Source of the DNA: a virus | Reading direction: 5' to 3' (one strand) | IMG/VR virus record: IMGVR_UViG_3300029671_000007 | DNA: 38,717 nucleotides | Shown: positions 31,024 to 37,491 of the stretch, one piece after another | How positions within the stretch are numbered: position 1 is the first letter of the stretch | Layout of the letters: the number at the start of each line of letters is the position of its first letter | Translations under genes and position numbers: made by a program | Notes under the pieces: generated by a model | Database searches by the model: none | Told to the model about the DNA's origin: nothing | What the model saw: only the letters and a program-made list of their open reading frames with translations

Positions 31024-31599
31024 TTAAAATGGCAGTTTCCCGCCATCACCGAATGACTCGCCAAATTGACCAGACGAAGAAGGCTGAGACCAATCGCTAG
31101 AAGCGCCCCCAAAGGCGGGAGAGGGCTTTCGGTTCTCTGCCAGGCGTTTGAGTTCCGGCACCTTGAAATCCCCCTTTTGGATCGCCTGGATAGAGCGGGT
31201 CTGATACACATACAGCCGCGTCTTTACCTCGCCGGTGTTTTTGGTGTATTCCTCTTCTCCCAGCACCACGCCGAAACGACGGCCTACCATATCCCGCAGA
31301 TTGAACTCGTCGAAGCGGTAGCCGGGGTTGGAGTCTTCCAGGGCGGTCTTGAAGGACTTGAAAAAGCCCAGAGCAGAGGGCTTGTAGCTGCGGCGGAGCT
31401 GGATAGGCCAGAATCCCGCACGGGCGAAAGTGTCGTTGTTATTCCCCTTGTATGTCCCCTCAGCAAAGTCCCACTCAATCAAGAGGTATTCCTTTTCCTC
31501 CACGTCTTCCACGCGGCAGATTGTGGCAATATAAGCGCCGGGCTTGGGGTTGTCAAACTCGGAAGCCTCCTGAACCTCGTCCCAGTTGATTTTATTCAT
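31024..31599 (-). CDS. DUF669-family ssDNA-binding-like protein with an SSB-type C-terminal tip, 191 aa
   Basis: DNPKPGAYIATI...EWDFAEGTYKG fits DUF669. The C-terminus is Gly/Ser-rich and ends in DGGKLPF, as in the SSB DDDIPF tail. It is adjacent to the Sak4-like ATPase. Confidence 0.75.
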   Translation of the reverse strand: MNKINWDEVQEASEFDNPKPGAYIATICRVEDVEEKEYLLIEWDFAEGTYKGNNNDTFARAGFWPIQLRRSYKPSALGFFKSFKTALEDSNPGYRFDEFNLRDMVGRRFGVVLGEEEYTKNTGEVKTRLYVYQTRSIQAIQKGDFKVPELKRLAENRKPSPAFGGASSDWSQPSSSGQFGESFGDGGKLPF

Positions 31600-32227
31600 G
31601 CTCGGTTTCCTCCTTCTTGGGGGTCAGGCCCCAGTATTCACGGATGGTGGTGTCCACCAGCTTCAAATCGTTGTCTATCTCTTCTGGAAACATGTCTATG
31701 GGAGATTTTGCGGTGCTGAACCCCTCAGACTGGGTGATGAAGTAGTGCTTGTCTTTCTCGGAACGGCAGAGGAGGACGATGGAGAACAGACCCTCTACCG
31801 TCAGTTTCTCGTCCAGCATCTTACCGATGGTCTTGGCTTTCAGCGTGCCGTCCGGGTTGGACTCGGTATGATGGAGGAAGTAGACGATGCAGTCCGGCGG
31901 GGTTTGCGTGATGACAAACTGGATCAGGTTGCGGAAGTTCAGGGCGATGTCGGTAAACTTGTTATAGCCCGTCTCCTTGGCCCGGTCGAAGAACTCGAAG
32001 GCCAGCAGATACTGGCTGTCGTCGATGGCATAGGTTTTCAAACTCGGCGCGGAAAGAGACTTAATGATGGTGGGGTAGGTCGCGCCGTTGATGGTGGGGA
32101 GAGACTTGCGGAATGGCAGGGGCTTGGAAGCTACATTGAAGACGCCGATCTCAGTAGGGTCAAAGTTACGCAGGGCGGTGGACTTGCCGGAGCCAGACTC
32201 GCCCAAAATCAAAACCGGAATGCCCAT
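31592..32227 (-). CDS. Sak4-like AAA/RecA-fold ATPase (single-strand annealing helper), 211 aa
   Basis: Walker A LGESGSGKST and Walker B-like YAIDD. The ATG at 32227 forms a TGATG overlap. The track start is a GTG at 32230. Confidence 0.8.
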   Translation of the reverse strand: MGIPVLILGESGSGKSTALRNFDPTEIGVFNVASKPLPFRKSLPTINGATYPTIIKSLSAPSLKTYAIDDSQYLLAFEFFDRAKETGYNKFTDIALNFRNLIQFVITQTPPDCIVYFLHHTESNPDGTLKAKTIGKMLDEKLTVEGLFSIVLLCRSEKDKHYFITQSEGFSTAKSPIDMFPEEIDNDLKLVDTTIREYWGLTPKKEETEHE

Positions 32228-32715
32228 CACTTCACCCCCACACTGCGGCCTTGCTCAATCGAGGCATATGGAACGGGCACGCCCTCCTTAATGAGCTTGC
32301 CAATGCCAGTCTTGCTGACCTCCGGTTCCTTGTACTTGACGCACTCCGCGTCATAGCCGTTCTGCTCCAGCCAGCGGATTAAAGCTTCTGGATTAGACAC
32401 TTGAACGGACGAGGTTTTGCGGAAAATGACGGAGCACCTGGCCGTCTGGAACTTCTCGCCGTCTAATGCAAGGGACAGATAGGATTTCAGTCGTTCCGCC
32501 TTGTTCTCCAGGGCCTTTCTGCGCTCATTGAGTGTGTCCGCCTCCTCCTTGATTGCCTTGGCGTCGGCCATCAAATCCTTGTACCAAAGGGCCATATTCT
32601 CAATCTTAGCGTCCCGATCCATCTGGAGCGCAGCAAACGCCTCATAGTCCATTAGTTCCCCTGTCTCCGGGTCTACCAGACCTTGAATCGCCTGGTCAAT
32701 TTCATACAGTGTCAT
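32227..32715 (-). CDS. Siphovirus Gp157 family protein, 162 aa
   Basis: The N-terminus MTLYEIDQAIQGLVDPETGE and the coiled coil are typical of the Gp157 family. The SD is AAGGAGG. Confidence 0.75.
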   Translation of the reverse strand: MTLYEIDQAIQGLVDPETGELMDYEAFAALQMDRDAKIENMALWYKDLMADAKAIKEEADTLNERRKALENKAERLKSYLSLALDGEKFQTARCSVIFRKTSSVQVSNPEALIRWLEQNGYDAECVKYKEPEVSKTGIGKLIKEGVPVPYASIEQGRSVGVK

Positions 32716-32845
32716 TTTGTTCCTCCTTACATTTCTGGCACATTTCTTCGTTTTGGTAAAGTTCTGCTCCGCAATTTGGGCAATTCCCTGCGGTTGGATC
32801 CTGTTGCATATCCCGGTATGGTGAAAATGGAAGCCACCACTCCAT
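32702..32845 (-). CDS. Small zinc-ribbon protein (47 aa; start uncertain)
   Basis: CPNCGAELYQNEEMCQKC. The ATG at 32845 lies 1 nt after the upstream stop, but there is no clear SD. The track alternative start is at 32917. Confidence 0.45.
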   Translation of the reverse strand: MEWWLPFSPYRDMQQDPTAGNCPNCGAELYQNEEMCQKCKEEQNDTV

Positions 32846-32846
32846 A

Positions 32847-33029
32847 TCAGGCAATCGCCGGAAGCACCGCCCGCGGGCAGCCATCCTCACCCATATAAAG
32901 GAATCCGGTTCGGCCATCCGAGAGGCGGATATGTATTGTCCCGTCCAGGGCGTTAATCTCGTCGATTGGGTAGCCGATATTCTCCATCGCCCAGCGCAGC
33001 AGGGCAGAAATATTTGTGGTATTCAGCAT
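32847..33029 (-). CDS. Hypothetical protein, 60 aa
   Basis: The SD is GGAAGGAGG. Confidence 0.6.
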   Translation of the reverse strand: MLNTTNISALLRWAMENIGYPIDEINALDGTIHIRLSDGRTGFLYMGEDGCPRAVLPAIA

Positions 33030-33117
33030 TGACTTTTCCTCCTTCCAGCCCTAAAATAAGGGCAGATGTTCTTTCTCTTGCCGCCCTCTGGTCTCGCACA
33101 CCGGGGAGCGGCGCTTT

Positions 33118-33468
33118 TTAATATAGCTCGATTGCAAAGCCATCTTTGATGAGCTTTGGGCGCTTGCCATTTACCTGCTCCGGCCTTATCCCGGTCTTGC
33201 TGATTACGCTGCGCATGGGGATATAAAATCCACTGCTAATCCGATGAACAGCAAAGCCTTTTGGGCTAGTCGTAAAGTGGAAGAGCAGATACTTTCCGGC
33301 CTTGCCAATAAGTACATGAGGCAAAACATTAGGGATACACTTTGCGGCCGAAGAACTAACATATAGGACGCCATTTGGGCTTAATAGCTTTACGTATTGC
33401 TCTGTCCCAACCTTCTGAAATGTTTCTTCCTCAGAGCCGATTTCGATTAAATCGAGGATATTATCCAT
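33118..33468 (-). CDS. Hypothetical protein, 116 aa, low GC
   Basis: Start MDNILDLIEIG, with the SD GGAGGGAAAG. It lies in an AT-rich island inside the GC-rich early operon. Confidence 0.65.
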   Translation of the reverse strand: MDNILDLIEIGSEEETFQKVGTEQYVKLLSPNGVLYVSSSAAKCIPNVLPHVLIGKAGKYLLFHFTTSPKGFAVHRISSGFYIPMRSVISKTGIRPEQVNGKRPKLIKDGFAIELY

Positions 33469-33706
33469 CTTCTTTCCCTCCAGGTATTTCGATGACCGCC
33501 CACACATCGTCGATGCTCTCCGCGCCCTCCAGTCCGGTGATCTGGATGGTGAGCGGGCCGGTGGGCGTGGGGGACGGGGTGGTGGTTGCCGCCGGGGTTT
33601 CAATGGCTGGCTGCTCCGGCTCCTGGTTCCAGATGATTTCAACTAGTGCAACCAGCGCCAGTAAGAGAAACAGAGCCGCAACGCTTGTAATCAGATAGCG
33701 GTTCAT
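33461..33706 (-). CDS. Membrane-anchored small protein, 81 aa
   Basis: MNRYLITSVAALFLLLALVALV is an N-terminal TM, followed by a Thr/Pro linker. Its ATG forms an ATGA overlap with the upstream 39-aa ORF. Confidence 0.6.
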   Translation of the reverse strand: MNRYLITSVAALFLLLALVALVEIIWNQEPEQPAIETPAATTTPSPTPTGPLTIQITGLEGAESIDDVWAVIEIPGGKEDG

Positions 33707-33822
33707 AGTAGCCACTCCACCCAGTTCGGCAGCCCGCAGGCTACCACGATGCAGGCGGTAAACACTACCGCACTCACAGCCTCCCGGCGGGACCGGCGGC
33801 GCTCATTTCGGGTCTTGCTCAT
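33703..33822 (-). CDS. Small membrane protein, 39 aa
   Basis: Below the track cut-off. MSKTRNERRRSRREAVSAVVFTACIVVACGLPNWVEWLL. Strong SD AAGGAGGTG and an ATGA coupling to the next gene. Confidence 0.5.
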   Translation of the reverse strand: MSKTRNERRRSRREAVSAVVFTACIVVACGLPNWVEWLL

Positions 33823-34066
33823 GGTAGCTCACCTCCTTTGCCATGTCTTCCAGCTTGAACAGGGTTTCCATGTTCAGGCGGACGGTGCGGTCGCCGCCCA
33901 AAAGCCGGGAGACGGTTTCGTCCCGGATACCCAGGGCGCGGCCAATATCCCGGTTGCGCAGCCGGTTCCGGCACTTGTAGACGGCCAGACCGTCGGCCAG
34001 GCGCTGGGCCATGGCGTCATAGCGGGCCGCCAGACGCTGGTCAGCGGTCAGATACACTTTCGGCAT
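33803..34066 (-). CDS. HTH DNA-binding protein, 87 aa
   Basis: LRNRDIGRALGIRDETVSRLLGG is an HTH-like segment. The SD is TAGGAGGAG. Confidence 0.7.
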   Translation of the reverse strand: MPKVYLTADQRLAARYDAMAQRLADGLAVYKCRNRLRNRDIGRALGIRDETVSRLLGGDRTVRLNMETLFKLEDMAKEVSYHEQDPK

Positions 34067-34079
34067 TGTGCTTCTCCTC

Positions 34080-34211
34080 CTATCGGTTACACAGGGCCTT
34101 AATCAGCTCCTGGACTTTAATTCCATAGGCGGCGTAGATGATGCGATCCACCAAATGGCGGGTGTTGCGGGCCTGGAGTTCCAAGTCCTTGATTCTGTCG
34201 TTCTCGTTCAC
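34080..34211 (-). CDS. Small hypothetical protein, 43 aa
   Basis: The GTG at 34211 lies 7 nt after AAGGAGG. This is the internal start of track ORF 34080..34268. Confidence 0.45.
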   Translation of the reverse strand: MNENDRIKDLELQARNTRHLVDRIIYAAYGIKVQELIKALCNR

Positions 34212-34283
34212 AAAAATTCCTCCTTGCGCTTGCGGCCGCAGGGAGGTTGTGGTACAATCTTCCTGCAAGCCTGATTGGTTGCT

Positions 34284-34487
34284 TCAATTAGGTTTGCCGC
34301 CCTCGCCGGTGGGTTCAGCACTGGCGGGGGCATTTTCTTTTGTCAGCCATTCCAGGTGTTTGCAGGGCCCCCGGCGGCCCTTGAGGCAGCACCGGCGGAG
34401 GTGGATGTATGCGTCATTCATGTAGCGCTCGTGCAGACGGCACCAGGCCGTCGGGGCCGCTGGGGCCTTCGTCTTGCGGCGAGTCAT
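34284..34487 (-). CDS. Basic Cys-containing small protein, 67 aa
   Basis: It forms an ATGA overlap with the Cro-like gene. Confidence 0.6.
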   Translation of the reverse strand: MTRRKTKAPAAPTAWCRLHERYMNDAYIHLRRCCLKGRRGPCKHLEWLTKENAPASAEPTGEGGKPN

Positions 34488-34699
34488 GGCTTTATGGCGA
34501 GTATGTCGCAGATGGCGTTGACAATGCTGGGCGTCGCAAGCTGGCCGGTTTGGATTTTATACATGTAAGAACTGTCGAAGTATAGCCCTGTCCGGGCCCG
34601 GACTTCTCCGATCAACCAGGCCTGATCCTGCTCCAGATCGATCAGGCGGCGTTTAACGTCCTTCCCGAAGGGGGTAATGGGCCGTTTCTTTTTCTTCAT
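34484..34699 (-). CDS. Cro-like XRE-family HTH regulator, 71 aa (first gene of the early operon)
   Basis: Start MKKKKRPITPFGKDVKRRLIDLEQDQAWLIGEV, with the SD AAAGGAGAAG. The HTH pattern is QAWLIGEVRARTGLYFDSSYMYKIQTG. Confidence 0.75.
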   Translation of the reverse strand: MKKKKRPITPFGKDVKRRLIDLEQDQAWLIGEVRARTGLYFDSSYMYKIQTGQLATPSIVNAICDILAIKP

Positions 34700-34711
34700 G
34701 CTCTCTTCTCC

Positions 34712-34740
34712 TTTACAAGTGAAAGTAAATGGGATAGAAT
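34712..34740 (+). promoter_or_regulatory. Sigma70-like promoter pointing rightward into the non-coding immunity spacer
   Basis: TTTACA (34712-34717), a 17-nt spacer, then TAGAAT (34735-34740). Confidence 0.5.
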
Positions 34741-34746
34741 GTACCT

Positions 34747-35046
34747 GCCACACGTGGCCCCTTCCATGGGCACCCAAGCAAATGAAGGGAGGTGAGGCCA
34801 TCATGGAAAAGCTCGTTACCGCAGCTTCTCTCATGATGCCGAGCCGTTGTCCCATGCCTCCACCCATGAGGCACTGACCCCTGCGGTGCGGACGGGCCGC
34901 AACAGGATATCGGCCAGAACGTAACGGGAGTGCCTTCCCCGCCTACCCCTAAAGCCAACCATAGCGAAAGGGATGTCGCGAACTGGTGAGGACAAATTAA
35001 CCCGGCGGAAATGCGGTGGAGAGGCACCTTCACCGCATTTTCTGTT
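34747..35046 (+). ncRNA. Candidate ~300-nt RNA bounded by a promoter and an intrinsic terminator
   Basis: The promoter is at 34712-34740. The terminator has a perfect 10-bp stem, 35009-35018/35031-35040 (AAATGCGGTG/CACCGCATTT), followed by TTTTCTGTT. The only ORF is 24 aa (34803-34877). Internal hairpin at 34799-34837. Confidence 0.4.
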
Positions 35047-35067
35047 GTCTGGCAGGTATATTCTATC

Positions 35068-35096
35068 TTGACAATTACCGTATTGTGTAATAAACT
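35068..35096 (+). promoter_or_regulatory. Candidate repressor (cI-like) promoter
   Basis: TTGACA (35068-35073), a 17-nt spacer, then TAAACT (35091-35096). Confidence 0.45.
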
Positions 35097-35113
35097 CAAA
35101 GCGTCAACAAGAG

Positions 35114-35134
35114 TTTGTGTGTCACACAGAACGG
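35114..35134. promoter_or_regulatory. Operator-like palindrome TGTGTG-T-CACACA with a CCGTTyTGTG-type half-site
   Basis: 35116-35128 is a perfect 6-1-6 palindrome. CACACAGAACGG (35123-35134) is the reverse complement of the CCGTTCTGTGTG motif, which is also found at 35191-35202 and 35216-35225. Confidence 0.45.
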
Positions 35135-35149
35135 GATTGCCATGTCACT

Positions 35150-35178
35150 ATATTATTACTTTTTGCTGTGATAGTCAA
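35150..35178 (-). promoter_or_regulatory. Sigma70-like early leftward promoter
   Basis: On the minus strand: TTGACT (35178-35173), a 17-nt spacer, then TAATAT (35155-35150). Confidence 0.55.
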
Positions 35179-35190
35179 GGTGAAACAATA

Positions 35191-35225
35191 CCGTTTTGTG
35201 TGGTTTGGAATAATGCACAAAACGG
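35191..35225. promoter_or_regulatory. 10-bp perfect inverted repeat CCGTTTTGTG / CACAAAACGG (operator pair or RBS-occluding hairpin)
   Basis: 35191-35200 pairs with 35216-35225. The 3' arm overlaps the GGAGG SD (35224-35228) of the repressor gene. Confidence 0.5.
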
Positions 35226-35236
35226 AGGTGTATTTT

Positions 35237-35608
35237 ATGTCTATCCTGTCTGATCGGATAGATCTGTTATGTAAAAACAAAGGTATAACAGGATACAGAC
35301 TATGTAAAGACATTGGAATAAGCCCCAATTTGCTCACAGAACTCAGGGGTGGAAGAAGAAACGGAATTAGCGCAAAAACAGCGGATAAAATCTCTAATTA
35401 TTTCGGAGTAAGCGTCGGCTATCTTTTAGGAACAGAGAAAACAGAAAAGCCCGCCGGCCAGGAGGCCGACGGGCGGGGGGACGCAGTGATTATTCACAGG
35501 GGCGGACGCACAACGCGCCGAGTGCTCACCGATGAACAGTGGAAATTGATTGAGGGAATGTTCAACTTGCAGAACACGGGTTCTGAGCGGGAGGATGACG
35601 AGTGGTAG
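35237..35608 (+). CDS. cI-like XRE-family HTH repressor, 123 aa
   Basis: MSILSDRIDLLCKNKGITGYRLCKDIGISPNLLTELRGGRR is an HTH_XRE segment. The SD is GGAGGTG. This is the internal start of track ORF 35117..35608. Confidence 0.85.
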   Translation: MSILSDRIDLLCKNKGITGYRLCKDIGISPNLLTELRGGRRNGISAKTADKISNYFGVSVGYLLGTEKTEKPAGQEADGRGDAVIIHRGGRTTRRVLTDEQWKLIEGMFNLQNTGSEREDDEW

Positions 35609-36188
35609 CTAGGATATACGGCTCAAACTGCCGATAAAGGCACCATTCAGTTCCAGACTGAAAGAAGTAAGAACAACTGCGCTCCTCCATCCACTGGGCA
35701 TCCAGGTCATGCAGACGTTTTAACCGCTGGAAGGCAATTTCGGCGGCCTGCTGACTGATATGGCAGAGCTGACGGATGGCGAAAGGACCACCTACATGCA
35801 GGGCCCGCAGAACACAGGCGGGGGAGAGAAGCTGCGCGGCAAAGCGGTCGGCCTCGATTTCTATTTGAGGACGGGGTTTCTGTTCCTTGGCATCACGGTG
35901 GATGATACCAGTGCCGTGGTTTAAGCAGTAGTGACCGATTTCATGAGCGACGGTATAGCGGCGGCGGCCTGGGCTAAGGTGTGGATTATACAGGATAACA
36001 GCGCCGCGTTTACCGCGGATCAGAAAGCCGTCCGCACCAAAGGTCTCATTGCCTAGGTTGCTTTCCTTCAAAATCTGATACCCTTGCGTGTAAGAGCATA
36101 GGAGGATACCAAGAGATTTGCAGATCTGGTCAAGGTCAATAGGCAGCTTTGTGATATTGCAGTGAATTAGTGTTTCCCAAGCAGTCAT
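35562..36188 (-). CDS. immA: ImmA/IrrE-family zinc metallopeptidase, 208 aa
   Basis: The HEIGH motif (YTVAHEIGHYCLNH). The ATG at 36188 is downstream of the mapped promoter, with the SD GGGGTGG. The 3' end overlaps the repressor gene by 47 nt in convergent orientation. Confidence 0.85.
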   Translation of the reverse strand: MTAWETLIHCNITKLPIDLDQICKSLGILLCSYTQGYQILKESNLGNETFGADGFLIRGKRGAVILYNPHLSPGRRRYTVAHEIGHYCLNHGTGIIHRDAKEQKPRPQIEIEADRFAAQLLSPACVLRALHVGGPFAIRQLCHISQQAAEIAFQRLKRLHDLDAQWMEERSCSYFFQSGTEWCLYRQFEPYILATTRHPPAQNPCSAS

Positions 36189-36222
36189 GTAATCCACCCC
36201 TGAACGGTGATGTGTTGAGCTC

Positions 36223-36251
36223 ATTATAGAACGGTTGTTCGATTTTTGCAA
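36223..36251 (-). promoter_or_regulatory. Sigma70-like promoter of immA
   Basis: On the minus strand: TTGCAA (36251-36246), a 17-nt spacer, then TATAAT (36228-36223). Confidence 0.6.
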
Positions 36252-36358
36252 GACGGAAAATTATACAATTTTGGAACTGCATTTTTACAGTGATTTACAG
36301 AAGAAAGAGATGACTATGGGACAATTAATCGTATATTCATGAAAGGGGAGCAGATAGA

Positions 36359-37123
36359 ATGAAGAGAGAATACAAAGGTTTTGTCGCGGGACTGCTGGTG
36401 GCTGGGGTAATCGCCGGGACGATTGGAACCGCCGGGGCAGTTGTGGGCAGGACTCAGGCGGCATTGGACTATAACAATATCAAGATATCGCTCAACGGGC
36501 AGACCATCACGCCGAAGGATGCCAACGGGAACACGGTGGAGCCGTTCGCGATCAATGGAACCACCTATCTGCCGGTGCGGGCCGTGGGAGAGGCGCTGGG
36601 GTTGGACGTCGATTGGGATGGGGAGACTGGAACTGTCACATTGGATGGGACACCCGGGGAGTTAAGCCGCGAAGATGCACTTTATATTTGGGGACTTGCA
36701 TTGAAGGCGAATCAATTTAAGTCGCTTGCCGACTATGGCCGGGAAATGGAAACGATTGCTCAAGGGTTCGCTGCTTCCGAAGCAATGTTGACATCTGGGC
36801 TACTTTCATCTTCTGCTGCGCGAGAGATAAAGGAGGAGGCAAAAACCCTTTTAGATACTTTTGAATCTGCAATTGAAGCTGAACGCCAATTTATAGATAT
36901 TTCTTACTCAGATGATCAGGATCTCGTGGATTCCATTTCCTACTTAGAGAACGGAACCTCGTCTTTGAGGAAGGCGTTGGATACAATGGGAGACCTTAAT
37001 CTCAATTTTACGGAAAACTATAGTGCTGCACTTAAATTCGCGTCAAATGCAAGGTATGTATGTGACCAGCACTATACTGATACAATGAATGAAATCATAG
37101 CTTATTGTGATGAGGCGACTTGA
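36359..37123 (+). CDS. Membrane-anchored protein with a copper-amine-oxidase-N-terminal-like (stalk) domain, 254 aa; moron
   Basis: N-terminal TM (FVAGLLVAGVIAGTIG). NGTTYLPVRAVGEALGLDVDWDGETGTVTL matches, from memory, the Cu_amine_oxidN1 pattern. The C-terminal half is helical and AT-rich. It has its own terminator. Confidence 0.8.
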   Translation: MKREYKGFVAGLLVAGVIAGTIGTAGAVVGRTQAALDYNNIKISLNGQTITPKDANGNTVEPFAINGTTYLPVRAVGEALGLDVDWDGETGTVTLDGTPGELSREDALYIWGLALKANQFKSLADYGREMETIAQGFAASEAMLTSGLLSSSAAREIKEEAKTLLDTFESAIEAERQFIDISYSDDQDLVDSISYLENGTSSLRKALDTMGDLNLNFTENYSAALKFASNARYVCDQHYTDTMNEIIAYCDEAT

Positions 37124-37211
37124 CAATCAAATACAGGACGGTTTATAATAGACATAGAAAGGCGCTGCAACAAGCGGTTAGCCCGGTATGAGGTTAATAA
37201 AGCAAAGCTCT

Positions 37212-37250
37212 AGAAACCGTCACTTGGCCGAGTGGCGGTTTCTGCTTTTC
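37212..37250 (+). terminator. Strong intrinsic terminator after the moron
   Basis: AGAAACCGTCACTTGG / CCGAGTGGCGGTTTCT, with two G-U pairs valid only on the + strand, followed by GCTTTTC. Confidence 0.7.
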
Positions 37251-37491
37251 ACAATAATCGTAACGGTGAACCGTCCGATATGTAGTGTGATCCGCATGGG
37301 CCTCACCCCCTTTCGGGAGGTGTGGCTAACCGCCTGCCGTTGTGCAGCGCCTGTAGACAGAATAGCACAGCAATCGACAGAAAGCAAGAGAAACCGCCCC
37401 CGGTACTCGCAATACCGGAGGCGGCCATAGAAGGGCAGATGCCTGTGGGCGCTCTGCTCCCTCATTATAGCAGACAGGAGGGATTTTTGCA

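Noticed and set aside
34803-34877. A 24-aa ORF (MEKLVTAASLMMPSRCPMPPPMRH) with a good SD inside the immunity spacer.
   Set aside because: I did not call it as a CDS. Its start codon and SD are sequestered in predicted hairpins and its composition is unremarkable. It remains a possibility and is mentioned under the candidate RNA finding.
37221-37236. TTGGCCGAGTGG, identical to the D-arm of tRNA-Ser/Leu genes, which hints at a tRNA or an att relic upstream of int.
   Set aside because: No cloverleaf can be built around it. The segment is the apex of a 16-bp terminator hairpin that follows the moron gene.
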